A stretch of 64,000 nt of DNA from Somniosus microcephalus (GCA_052327205.1 CM126204.1:73408001-73472000); one strand, 5' to 3'. Positions 1 through 11,938 are shown, counted from the first letter of the stretch. Numbers and translations are program-made. Notes: a model not told the origin generated them from the sequence alone.

Positions 1-293
1 TGCTGGTTCCTTTTGTGAAACTTAAATCATTCTGCTATCAGCAGCGGTGTGGGGTTTAAGTGGTCCTGTAGGATTGACACTATGTTTTCAAAACCCTTTC
101 CTACTGGCTTCTCTGGGGTTACTAGGTTTCGTAGTAAGCCATACATTTTTGCACCCATTGAATTCAACAATACCAGTGCTTTCTTGTCATCTGGCACTTC
201 ATTCGCCTTGCAGTATACTTCTATGCGTTCGACATATGTCGTCCAATCTTCGACTTCATTGTTGAACGCTGTGATACTGCCACTCTTCGGCAT
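1..293 (-). pseudogene. gag: Gypsy gag N-terminus, interrupted by TGA at 27-29
   Basis: MPKSGSITAFNNEVEDWTTYVERIEVYCKANEV...LIAE*FKFHKRNQ; alignable with the gag at 45823-46341. Confidence 0.85.
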
Positions 294-313
294 TTGGGTG
301 TGGTTAGACTGGC

Positions 314-760
314 TTAAAATGGCGTCTCCCGCGCTTTCCTTTCTTCCCCGCTGCGGCTTAAAATGGCGTCTCCCGCCCTTTCCTTACTTCCCCGCAGCGG
401 CTTAAAATGGCGTCTCCCGCGCTGCTGCCAACGCCGCTCTCGGCGGTGCTCCTGGCAAATGGCAACGCCCTGTGGGACTCGTGCGCTGCTCCTGCGCTGC
501 TGCCAATGCCGTTCTCTGCGGTCCTCGTGGCAATGGCAGCGCCTCGCGTTTTCCTGCGCGCCTCTCTCCCCTGTTGACGCTGCTCGGCCCCTGAACACTG
601 GCTGTGCTCTGCTCTCTCTCGCCTCTCTCCCCCGTTGACGCCACTCGGTCCCGAACACCGGCTGCACTCTGCTCTCTCTCGTTGACGCTGCTCGGCCCTT
701 GAACACCGGCTGCGCCCCGTGCGCTCTGCCCTCTCTCTCTTCCCCGTCGACGCTGCTCGG
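314..760 (-). repeat. GC-rich tandem repeats in the G1 leader (44-bp unit x3; roughly 55-65-bp unit x3-4)
   Basis: AAAATGGCG recurs at 316, 360, 404; GTTGACGCTGCTCGGCCC-type unit recurs 570-765. Confidence 0.85.
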
Positions 761-965
761 CCCTTTCTGTGCCGCTCGGTCGGCTCTAGCCGCCGCTGTC
801 CGGGTAAGGTCTGCGCAGCACCTGTTGCCAGCCCGTTTCGCTGGACCACTGTGGCTGGAAGGCCAAGCCAGGCTCTCGACAGCCTCCCCTGCGATGCCTG
901 TGCTTCTGGACTCGACCTCCTTCCACTGTTCTCCAGGAGCGAATCCCTGGGAGGTGATGCAGAGA

Positions 966-996
966 TGCAGGTAGGTTCGAATCTTCTCGTCGCCAA
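966..996 (-). promoter_or_regulatory. Primer-binding site complementary to tRNA-Ser(GCU) 3' end
   Basis: TGGCGACGAG 1 nt after the LTR; plus strand reads GGTTCGAATC..CTCGTCGCCA like a tRNA 3' end. Confidence 0.75.
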
Positions 997-1209
997 TGTT
1001 AGATCCGGGTATCTTGATGTGGTGTCCTTCAATAATCAGACAAAGACTGCAGGGAACGATCAACAGGTGTTTACTAAATGAGGGTTCAAACTGCAACTGA
1101 CTGTACAGAGCACCACTCAGGGCTTATATACAGGTGTGGTCACTGCCAGTACTACAGGATACAGGAGCTGTAAAAAGTAGTTCTCCCCCTTAAAGGTACA
1201 TACATTACA
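997..1209 (-). repeat. 5' LTR of Gypsy G1 (left copy)
   Basis: Minus strand begins TGTAATGTATGTACC and ends GGATCTAACA; same length as and clearly alignable to 63006-63218; contains TATATAA and AGTAAA. Confidence 0.9.
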
Positions 1210-1858
1210 ATCTGCCCAGCGAATGCCCGTGATATTCTTATGCCTGGTAAAATCAGGCGTAAGGCCTGCTTTTACCAATGTAAGAGTTTCAACATTTTCT
1301 TCTCCCGTTTCCTGCCCAGCAACAAAACAGATTGACAGACTGGCTGGCTGTTGGCTGGGAAAGCCCAGCAATCGGGAGGGAGGGCGGGAAAGAACAGAGA
1401 TTGGGATCGGGGCTTAGTATAGGGGCGGTGCTGTCTGAGTCCCGGCAATGGTGAGACAGGGAGGGAAAGATCGGGAGTTAGGTGGGGGTCGGCCAATCAC
1501 TGCAGTGAGGAGAGGCTGCGATTGGCAGAAGGGAGGCTGAAGGTTTGCTTGAAAGACCAGGGGAACACTCCTGCTCCTCCCCAACCACAGGGAGTGCTCT
1601 GAAAAGCACTTAGCTTTTGTTCATGTCTCCATTTCGCTGCCGGGTTTCTGGAGCCCTGGGAAACCCGGCCAGCAGCTGTTAAATTTAAATCAGGCTAACA
1701 ACTGCACTGTGGGAGTCCGATTTAAATATGCTAATGAAGTGTCCCACCTCTTCAAGACGAGACACACGCACGCCACGCAACTGGGATGTGTTCGCCCGAT
1801 TTTTAATTTTTATCCCCCGACCCTCTCCTGTATGTCGTGGGGAGGTTAATATCGGCTC
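1210..1858. repeat. Degenerate GC-rich non-autonomous repeat(s); insertion target of the G1 element
   Basis: 1237-1290 carries the GGTAAAA.CAGG...CCTGCTTTTACC hairpin shared with family A at about 33225, 48080 and 58135. Confidence 0.5.
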
Positions 1859-2752
1859 CAATGTTTCCGTTGACTCATTTTGAATTTACCCAGTAAATTG
1901 GAATTTACATAGGCCGAGACCTCTGGTTCTTCTGTTCTGGACAAGTGAAACAGCTTGTCATAGTCTCATCCCTTTAGAATCCTAAAAACAGTAATCATAT
2001 CACTTCTCGACCATCTCCTTTCCACAGAGAACATGCCTAATTTACATAATTGTTCTTCATAATCCAATCCCCTCAATCATTGTGGTTGCTTTCCTCTGTA
2101 CCCTTTCAATAGCTACAATATCATTGTCATACTGTGGCGACCAGAACTGTACACAGTATTCAAAGTGCATTCACACAATGATTTATAAAGTAGCATGACT
2201 ACCTCACTATTTTGTCTCAATATTGACCTTTTAATACATCGCAACATCTGATGTGCTTTACTCACTGATACCGAGCATTGTTGCGATAGCTTCAACTTAT
2301 TGTCAATCTTGCAATTCCCTTGCACATTATTTACATTTAAATAATAGTCCCTTCCTCGATTTTTTGCCCTCATGTGAAGCATTTTGCATTTTTCTACATT
2401 GAATTGCCTCTGCCAATGCCCAAGTATATTGAAATCCTCCTGTAGTTTATGCTGTTCAGCTTTGGAGTCTAACACTATCACTAGCTTTGTATCATCTGCA
2501 AATGTAGCCATTGTGCTTGTGACTCCTAGCTTCAGATCATTTTTTTTATTCGTTCATGGGATCTGGCGTTGCTGGCAAGGCCAGCATTTATTGCCCATCC
2601 CTAATTGCCCTGGAGAAGGTGGTGGTGAGCCGTCTTCTTGAACTGCTGCAGTCCGTGTGGTGAAGGTACTCACACAGTGCTGTTAGGGAGAGAGTTCCAG
2701 GATTTGGACCCAGTGACGATGAAGGAATGATGATATACTTCCAAGTCAGGGT

Positions 2753-4018
2753 TGTTAGAAACTAGGGGTGCCTAATAATGTATATGGCCACATGAATAAT
2801 ACTGTGTTTAAATGATAAGTTTTGTTTTCCTGGAAAGCTTGCATTAGAATTTGATAGTAGCCATGGTATGGAGATGCCGGTGTTGGACTGGGGTGGACAA
2901 ATGTAAGAAATCACACAACACCAGACGAAGGAGCAGCGCTCCGAAAGCTTGTGATTTCAAATAAAGCTGTTGGACTATAACCTGGTGTTGTGTGATTTCT
3001 TACATTAGAATTTGAGACAGTTTTTTTAATCAGTTAGATTAGGTAAAACATAAACATTCCACACGGGGGCCCATAGGATGGCCCTGCCAGGCTAGTTATC
3101 TGTTGTTTATAAGTTAGGGTTTTGACTTTATTAATGTATCTTTAATTTGGCCAGTGAAGGCCCAACCTATGTTACTTCCATTATTACTAATAACCATATT
3201 ATAATCTCTGCAGATAGAATTTGGAGTTTGTTTAGCAGAACTGCTTGTGAAGATAATTAAAAGTTAATTAGGAAAAGACATAGAATGAAAGGAATTTGAG
3301 GATTCTAAGGTATCCATCTTAGAATGTGCCATTTGCTAGATGAAGGTGAGATAGCGACTGGCTAATGTGGGACAGCTCTGGCTGGGGCCATGATTAAGAG
3401 GGACATGGCCGGGCCTTGTACTGGCTGGGTTAAGGAGGATAGAGTCAAGAGAGATAAGTTGGATTCCAATGGAGGAACCTTCAAAATGTAAAAACAAGAA
3501 AGATAAATTGGAGGAGATAATGAGACCCTCTTTTGGGGAGGGATTTCATCCAAGAACCAAGAAAAAGAACTTGAGCTGTCATTGGTTGATGACGTTTTAG
3601 AGGAAACTCTATAGGTTAAATGGTCTTGTCAATAACTTGGCCTCAGGCCTACCCCTAAAAAGAGAATACAAAGTGACACCCCAACGGCTTGCCCACACAG
3701 ACGGTGGAGGAGAGAGTCGAACAGAAGTTGCAAAGAGAAGTTGGGCTGGTCAAATGCTCTTTAGAGAGTGATCCCATGCTCATCATCGGAGGTTCTAGAG
3801 TGAAAGAGAGAGAGAGAGAGAGGCCAGAAGCCAGAGAACTGTTCACGCATGCCAGCCGCCTGTCCGATCGGGTCCAGTACCAGCTGCTTGTCACGGTCGT
3901 ATGTTTTTGCTGTATTACTAGTGTGTTATATTCCGTCCTAAACTCCGATTAAACACAATATACCCACCATATTGGTTTGCACTCGATCCTATTTACCAGA
4001 GATACCTGAATCTCTACA
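2753..4018 (+). mobile_element. Long solo LTR (about 1.1 kb without nested insert)
   Basis: TGTTAG...CTACA termini; 4-bp TSD GGGT/GGAT; host LINE resumes at 4019; orientation inferred only from ATTAAA near 3948. Confidence 0.75.
2855..3002 (+). mobile_element. Penelope-like terminal fragment with 5' inversion and degenerate hammerhead
   Basis: Direct repeat CATTAGAATTTGA on both sides; 2900-2924 is the reverse complement of 2982-3006; CAGACGA-A-GGAGC.GCTCC-GAAA core at 2919-2953. Confidence 0.7.
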
Positions 4019-6028
4019 GGATGGTGTGTGACTTGGAGGGGAACTTGGAGGTGGTGGTGTTCCCATGCGCCTGCTGCCCTTGTCCTTCTAGGTGGAAGAG
4101 GTCGATGGTCCGGGAGGTGCTGCCGAAGAAGCCTTAGTGAGTTGCTGCAGTACATCTTGTAGATGGTAAACACTGCAGCCATGGTGTGCCGGTGGTGGAG
4201 GGAGTGAATGTTTAAAGTCGTGGATGGGGTGCCAATCAAGTGGGCTGCTTTGCCCTGGATGGTGTCAAGCTTCTTGAGTGTTGTTGGAGCTGCACTCATC
4301 CAGGCAAGTGGAGAGTATTCCATCACACTCCTTACTTGTGCCTTGTAGATGGCGGAAAGGCTTTTGGGGAGTCGGGAGGTGAGACACTCGCCGCAGAATA
4401 CCTAGCCTCTGACCTGCTCTTGTTGCCACAGTATTTATGTGGCTGGTCCAGTTAAGTTTCTGGTTTCTGGTCAATGGTGACCCACAGGATGTTGATGGTG
4501 GGGGATTTGGCGATGGTAATGCCATTGAATGTGAAGGGGCGGTGGTTAGACTCTCACTTATTGGAGATAGTCATTGCCTCGCACTTGTGTGGCATGAGTA
4601 TTACCTGCCACTTATCAGCCCAAGCCTGAATGCCATCTAGGTCTTGTTGCATACGGGCATGGACTGCTTCATTATCTGAGGAGTTGCTAGTGGCACTGAA
4701 CACTGTGCACTCATCAGTGAACATCCCCATTTCTGACCTTATGTTGGAGGGAAGGTCATTGATGAAGCAGATGAAGATGGTTGAGCCTAGGACACTGTCC
4801 TGAGGAACTCCTGCAACGATGTCCTGGGGTTGTGATGATTGACCTCCAACCACCTTCCTTTGTGCTAGGTATGACTCCAGCCACTGGAGAGTTTTCCCCC
4901 CCGATTCCCATTTACTTCAGTTTTACTAGGACTCCTTGATGCCACACTCGGTCAAATGCTGCCTTGATGTTATGAAGATATTAAACAAAAGAGGTCCCAA
5001 AATAGACCTCTGTGGGACTCCACTGGTAATATTTTCCCAGGCTGATGACAATTCATGTACCACTACCCTCTGGGTTCTATCAGTTAACCAATTACATATC
5101 CATTGTATAACATTTCTACTGATCTTTATTTTCAGTACCAGCCGTTCCAGAGGAACTGTGTCAAAGGTCTTGTTGCATGCGGGCATGGACGGCTTCATTA
5201 TCTCAGGAGTTGTGAATGGCACTGAACACTAAAATCCAAGTACACCACATTAATTGCCTTACCCCTAACAAGCTCCATTGTTACACCCTCAAATAAAACC
5301 AATAAGTTAGATTGGCAAGGTCTCTCCTTCATGAAACCATATTGGCTATCTTTTATGATTTTATTTCTATTCAAATGCTCCATGATCTTATCTTTAATAA
5401 AGGTTTCTATAAATGTACCTACAATGGATGTCAAACTCACTGGTCTGTAGTTTACTGGTTTACTTTTGCTACCTTTTTAAAAAATAGGAGTAACACCTGC
5501 CTTTCTTCAGTCCCCAGGCATCTCTTCAGTATTCAGTGATTTCTGGAAGATTTGTACCAGAGTTCCTGCAATTTCCTCACTTATTTCTTTAAGGATCCTT
5601 GGATGCATCTTATCTGGCCCCTGAGATTTATTTACCTTAAGTTAGCACAGCTGTTCGGCAGCTAGGCTGGTAATAATGTGAATAGTGTCTCAAATTACTT
5701 CTGTGATATCCTCTAGTTCCCTTTCCAGATGAAATATGTTACCTGTCGGCTCCTTGGTAAAAACGGAGGTAAACAAAATCTTATTTAGCTACTTTTCAGC
5801 CTGTGTAGCATCAGTTCTCACCCAATTGCACTTTCAGTGGCTCCATACTATCCTTCATTTTCCTTCTCTCTTAATATAACTAAAAAAACGTTATTATTCT
5901 TCTTCAGAGAATATTGCTGGGACTTCATGTTTTCAGTAGACTCCCAGGAAATTTGCATACACACTTGCAGTAAACCACTATGGACCTGGATACATACCAT
6001 CAAAGGATGCCAGGGAATCAGGCACATA

Positions 6029-6820
6029 CATAAGAACATAAGAAATAGGAGCAGGAGTAGGCCATTCGGCCCTTCGAGCCTGCTCCGCCATTCAAGGAGA
6101 TCATGGCTGATCTTCTGCCTCAAATCCATTCACCGGCCCTATTGCCATATCCCTTGATGCCTTTACTAGTCAAAAATCTATCGACTTCTGTTTTGAATAT
6201 ACCCAATGACTGAGCCTCCACAGCCCTCTGGGGTGGAGAATTCCAAAGATTCACCACCCTCTGTGTGAAGAAATTTCATCTCATCTCAGTCCTGAATGCC
6301 CTACCCTTTATCCTGAGGCTGTGGCCCCTGGTTTTAGACTCCCCAGCCAAGCGAAATATTTTCCCAGCACCCACCCTATCAAGCCCTGTATTAATTTTGT
6401 ATGCTTCAATGAGATTCCCTCTCATTCTTCTGAATTCAAGAGGATACAGGCCTAGTTTCCTCAATCTCTTCTCAAACAACAGTCCCGCCATCCCAGAAAT
6501 CAATCTTGTGAACCTTCATTGCATTCCCTCTATGGCAAGTATATCCTTCCTTAGGTAAGGAGACCAAAATTGTACACAGTACTCCAGGTGTGGTCTCACC
6601 AAGGCCCTATATAATTGGAGTAAGACTTCTTTACTCCTGTACTCAAATCCTCTTGTAATGAAGGCCAGCATACCATTTACCTTCCTAATGGCTTGCTGCA
6701 CCTGCACATTCACTTTCAGTGACTCATGTACAAGGACACCCAGGTCCCTTTGAGCATCTGCATTCCTCAATCTTTCACCATTTAGGAAATACTCTGCCTT
6801 TCTGTTTTTTCCACCAAAGT
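6029..6820 (-). mobile_element. CR1 LINE 3' fragment
   Basis: [14 protein letters not shown] and LGLYPLEFRRMRG peptides; 3' stem-loop and (TTCTTATG)n tail. Confidence 0.93.
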
Positions 6821-7233
6821 ATTTTCTACCATCAATAGATCATAGGAACTTGAATGTATATCACGAGTAAATCATCAGTACATCATTAGGAACTGGACCG
6901 ACAAATATTGGGTGTATACCCATTGGTAAATAACCACAATACAAATACAAACAAAAGCATACCCACTAAGCTGTCACAAATAATTAAAAAGAAATACACT
7001 TACAATTGTCAGCAAAAGTTAATTGGTCAGACACATCTAATCCTCAGCTGGTCTGAATTAAGCCAAATTTAGATTTTTGTAATAGATTTAAATTATTTAA
7101 ATTCAAATTAATTTGCATTATATCTTTGGATTTGGTGCTTGTCACTGCAACAAATACATTTAATATACTAATTTGTTAATACAAATCATCTATTTTTCTT
7201 TTTATGTGACTTTTGGAGGATTACTGCTTTAAT

Positions 7234-7955
7234 GGGCCAGATAATGTTGTAGCAGGGCATCTTAGGATTTTAATTTTTTTGCTAGCAAGTTGCTGAAAGT
7301 GCAAGCTGATAATGGCGCAGCAAGAGAAACAGGACATTTGGGATCTGCATGAACAGAGCAAGCAACTGTGTATCTCCTTAGCCAATCAGATTGAAGTATT
7401 GTAAAATTATCATTGCAAGGATTGAGAAGGAAGTGTAAATTAGAGTGGGTGATTTCAATATCAAATCAGATACAGAGAAATAAATAAAGAGGGAGAAAGA
7501 TTGGATTAAGAGAGAGCAAAAAGAGACATAAAGGAAAAGTTAAAACAATTATAAATTTAAAATTTTACTTTTAAAAAATCTCCAACAACAATTAATACTC
7601 AAAGGAATGAGACTCCACACTTGTAATATTTAATTTTCAGTGCCAGAGAAGTTGATTGGCAGTAATTAACACTTATCACGTCATTAATAGGGTGCTTAGA
7701 CTTGAAATGACTTGACTTAACTTTGTTTTAGTTCGTATCTGCCGCGCAAATACAGCAACTTCACGCAGTTCAGTGCAATTCAATGGTGAGCCAGACAACG
7801 CAATGCCGTTTTCGCAAAGCTAACAGTGGAGTGGCGCAACTCGAACAGCAACTTTTGAATTTTTGAGTTTAAGCACGCGTCTGCCACTCACTGGAAGTTG
7901 TTGTACCATTTGCGCATAAATAACGGTGAATGCCATTGACAGGAAAGTATGGGCC
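7234..7955. mobile_element. Old non-autonomous TIR element
   Basis: GGGCC.../...GGGCC ends flanked by AAT/AAT; TIR degenerate. Confidence 0.45.
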
Positions 7956-8959
7956 AATACTGTGTTATTGGTGTTCTGTTTTATTGTACAGGGTATTCAG
8001 TATATTATGAACAATGCAGTAATATTCAGTATTGAATGTGTTTATGAGAAAGATATTTTACTGGAATATATAGCACTGTTAATGTAGTATGTGTACATAG
8101 TGTGTGTCTTTGGTAGTGTAAACTATTTTTTCCGGAAAAACATGGCATATTTCTGATTTTAAACTGCTTTGGCATGAAGGTAACATTACTTCATAATCTA
8201 TTCCTAAAATTGTCTCAGTTCAGTGTAAAATATAACCACTCGAAGTTGGTTTATTATGAGCTGGTTTAATACAATCTTTTTCTGCATTAAAGCATTGGTA
8301 GAACCAGTTAAGACTGGTCTTCTGCACACGCTTGAAATTGGATTGTGTCTCTAAAGGCTACTGGAGGTCATTAGCATTGACACAGTAGCCAATACTAGTA
8401 CTGATCTGAATTGGTCCAATTTATCTCAAATGAAGCCTGTTGTGTGTGGTTTAAATCAATCTAAAGAAATGAACTGGCGCATTATTATCTGGTTGCAACT
8501 AGCCTAGTTGGGCACAAATCATGAGAATGGTGCTATAATGGGCTATTTTACATTGCCTCAAGGGATTAAACACACAGGTTCTGTAAATTTAGAATGTATC
8601 AGGAACTTCCAATTTACAACAATATTAACACTTTGAGGACAGCAGTTGTATTTCTGCATTTAAATAGTAAGTAAATAAGAATGCTACTTTCAGGTATTGC
8701 ATGATAGTGTGACTACCCAGAAATAATTGTATCTAGACATATATAAGAACACAGACATTGCAAATGATTCTATTCTCTCAGCTCATTTGGGGGGATGGGT
8801 GGGGAGAAAGGAGTGAATTTCACCTTTCAATGAAAAACAGGAGAATATGTAGTGTGGCACTACCACCATGTTAAGGGAGAGACTAAGGACAGATTTGCAA
8901 CCCAACTGGCCAGCATGAAGCAGAATTGTATACTGCCACATTTTGTAGCCTGACACATT

Positions 8960-9700
8960 CCCCACTCCTCCATCACCATCAAGCCAGAAAGCCAGCAGAC
9001 CAAACTCGGTTCACTGGGGAGTGTAGAAGGATGTGCCAGCAGTTGACATCAACCTAGTAAAACTACAACACAGAGCTACTTGCATGTGCCAAAAGCTGCA
9101 TGCTGTAGATAGAGCTAAGTGGTTCCATGGCAAATAGATCTGAGCAAAGCTCTATAGCGCTACCAGATCCAGTTAAGTATGGTGGTAGACAATGAGGTAA
9201 ATAACAGGAGGAATAAGTTCGAAGAACATCCCGATCCTGAACTATGGGGGAGCCCAGCATGTGAGTGCAAGAGGCAAATCGGAAGTATTTGCAAACGTCT
9301 TCAGCCAAAAATGTCTAGTGGATGATCCCACTCGATCTCCTCCCAAAGTCCCCATCATCATATATGCTAGGGTCCGGCCAATTGGTTCATCCATGTGACA
9401 TTAAGATGCAGCTGACTGGACAGGACACAGTGAAGGCTATAGACCCTGACAGCATACCAGCTATTGTGCTAAAAACTGTCCATCAGAACTAGCTGCCCCA
9501 CTAGCCAAGCTGTTCTACTTCAGTTATCACATTGACCTATATCCAACAATGTGGAAAATTACCCAGGAATATCATATTCGCAAAAAGCAGGTCTAATCTA
9601 ACCAGGTCCTACCAGCCTCTTTCAAATCATCAGAAAAATGATGGAATGAGTCATCTAAAGTGTTGAGAAATGAGACCTACTCACTGATAATCTGCTCAAG
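8960..9700 (+). mobile_element. Degenerate LINE ORF2 fragment, probably the second CR1-group family
   Basis: Decayed KA.GPD.IP...ELA.PLAKLF...YP..WK-type signature at about 9430-9600. Confidence 0.6.
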
Positions 9701-10190
9701 ATGATATTGTTGCTTCCAATGTGAATTAATAAAATGGCCTCATGCGTCACCTGGAATTACTTTTATTAGGTTGACTATACAAGTATTTACTTTTATTTTA
9801 TTCATAATTGTAAACACTCACATTTAATTGCAATACTATTTATGTCCCTTGAGATGGGTAATGTTCATGTCTTACCTTAAAGTTCATTTTCAATTTATAA
9901 AACTCCTTCTGCATCTCCTGCCAAGCCCTTGAAGTGATCCAAGTTGACCTGATCAGTGATATAATGTTAGGCTTGTTATTTTTGTCCAGATCTGTGACCT
10001 AAATTTGGTTAATGCAGTCTGAGCATGTGCAGTGTACCTAATTTCATATTCAGTCAGCTGAATTGATGCAATATTTTTCTTCACTTTCTTAACTTTTTGC
10101 TCAGTTTTTCTTCAAATAATTTTGAAAAATAAGAAGACATGTTTCAACAGCTAGGGTAAAATTTATATTGAGTTTTTTTAAAGCAACTAT

Positions 10191-10366
10191 GGGGTAGAAA
10201 TTAGTCTCAACCAGTAGTGTAAAACATGTGCTAGTGAATTGGCAGCCCATTTTACATTACCCGACTTCCTTTTTCATTGTGGAAAAGATAATTGGGCAGA
10301 GTGTAAAATGGCTGCCAATTCGCTAGCACCCATTTTCCGCTGCCAGCCAAGATGAATTTCTATCCC
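10191..10366. mobile_element. Palindromic MITE (about 176 bp)
   Basis: GGGGTAGAAATT...AATTTCTATCCC termini; arms reverse-complementary over roughly 70 bp. Confidence 0.75.
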
Positions 10367-10605
10367 ATTTCAAGGTGTGTCCTTGTGTGCTTGTGTGGCA
10401 GACAGAGAAAAATTACAGTGTACTAATTACACACCTGTTGTAGCTTTTGTTTTGTGTTCAGTAACCTGTAAAAAAATATTAAGCTGATGGAAAGAGCAAA
10501 AGGGAGGATGAGAAAGTAGGGCGAGAGAGCCCGGTGTAAGAGGAGAGAGAGTTAAAAAAAGGTTGAGTTTTGAACCGCACTAATTATCTCCGTCTGCTTT
10601 TGTTT

Positions 10606-10729
10606 ATGGAGAGAAGGCAGGGACAGGGTACTGAATCTGGATGATCAGCCATGATCTCATTGAATGGCGGAGCAGGCTCGAGGGGCCGAATGGCCTACTC
10701 CTGCTCCTATCTTCTATGTTTCTATGTTT
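10606..10729 (+). mobile_element. Very short CR1 3'-end insertion
   Basis: End of ORF2 (GEKAGTGY*), 3' UTR stem-loop and (TTCTATGT)n tail. Confidence 0.88.
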
Positions 10730-10929
10730 GATGGTTAGAAAAGGACAATACTAATGACTTACACCTGTCAGACAAAAGTTTTAATTTCTAACACTTTTCT
10801 ATGAGACTAAAGGGGTGAGAAAGAGAGATAGGGAGAGAGGAACAAGGGAAACAGAAAGGCAGACTGTTTTGTTCCTCATTCTAATTTGATTTTTTTTTTA
10901 GTTAAAATTTGAAAGCAAACAAAGTTTTT

Positions 10930-11345
10930 TTGAGGGAAAGAGAGGAAGGGAGGGTAACAGAAGGAGGGTAACAGAGGGAGGGTAGCAGAGGGAGGGGAGG
11001 GTAGCAAGGGAAGGGATTGGAAGGGGAGGAGGGGAGGTTGAAAGAAAGAGTTGAGAGTGGGGTAGGGAGGGTTCAGAGAGCAGAGGAGTAGAGAGAGGAA
11101 GGGGGTAGACAGAGAGGGATTCAGAAAAAGTGTGCAGGTTCAGAGAGGTAGGGGGTTGGGAGAGAAGGATGGCTGAGATTCAAAGGTGACAGAGAGAGGG
11201 GAAATTGACAGAGGGATTGAGAGAGAGAAGAAAGGATTAAGAGTACAGATTGAGAGGGAAAGCAGGTTGATAGATGAGGAGAGTTGATAGAGAAAGGGTT
11301 AAGTGAGAGAAAAGGGGTGAGAGAAGGAAAGGGTGTTTTAAGAAG
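10930..11345 (+). repeat. Purine-rich (G/A) low-complexity tract
   Basis: Strongly G/A-biased on plus strand; GAGGGTAACAGA-type short repeats. Confidence 0.85.
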
Positions 11346-11938
11346 AGAGCATTTTAAGTTTATATAAAAGGTTTCCATTATAATTGTGGACATAAGAATT
11401 TATATGTAAATATAAAAATAAGGACAGTGTATGACTTTAAAACGGGGACTGAATTATGTCCGTTTACCTTGGCCCAATTATAGCTTGCCCTCTAATCCTG
11501 CTTCACCTACAGAATGCACTTGATTGCGACTCCTTGTTTGCAATGCCAAAGGAACTAGTAAGTTCTGAATATATAATATGTTATGATGGTTTCATTAAAA
11601 CATCCCCTGAAAAAGTGATACAAATGTGGCTAACTAGAGAAGTTAAGGATAGTATCAGATTCAAAGAAGAGGCTTACAATGTTGCCAAAAAGAGTCATAA
11701 GCTTGAGGACTGGGAGAGTTTTAGAAATCAGCAAAGGATGACCAAAAAAGTGTTAAAGAGGGAGAAAATAGAATATGAGAGTAAACTAGCAAGAAATATG
11801 AAAACAGATTGTAAGAGCTTTAACAAGTATGTGAAAAGGAAGAGATTAGCAAAAGTAAATGTGGATGCCTTAGAGGCAGAGATAGGAGAAATTATAATGG
11901 GGAATAAGGAAATGGTAGAGATGTTAAACAAATATTGT

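Larger units (their letters stand above)
1..1209 (-). mobile_element. Gypsy/Ty3 LTR retrotransposon, family G1, 5' portion (LTR, PBS, GC-rich leader, start of gag); continues beyond left window edge
   Basis: 213-bp TG...CA LTR at 997-1209 followed on the minus strand by TTGGCGACGAG PBS and a gag ORF; homologous copy at 63006-64000. Confidence 0.92.
2540..4968 (-). mobile_element. CR1-group non-LTR retrotransposon, second family, 3' part with poly(A) tail; split by a solo LTR
   Basis: GVPQDSVLG..FINDL and MEYSPLAWM peptides; poly(T) at 2540 on plus strand; homologous to 59560-60697. Confidence 0.85.
1860..5765 (-). mobile_element. Old CR1 LINE ORF2 fragment, interrupted by younger insertions (2540-4968)
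   Basis: FADDTKL...FNVEKCK (2113-2511), GVPQRSILGPLLFNI (4926-5222), SQYGF...VVYLDF (5198-5440). Confidence 0.85.

Noticed and set aside
314-1096. 260-aa and 224-aa Arg/Ala-rich ORFs as a novel accessory gene of G1
   Set aside because: They start inside the LTR and run through GC-rich repeats where nearly all frames are open. The frame is not preserved in the right-hand copy.
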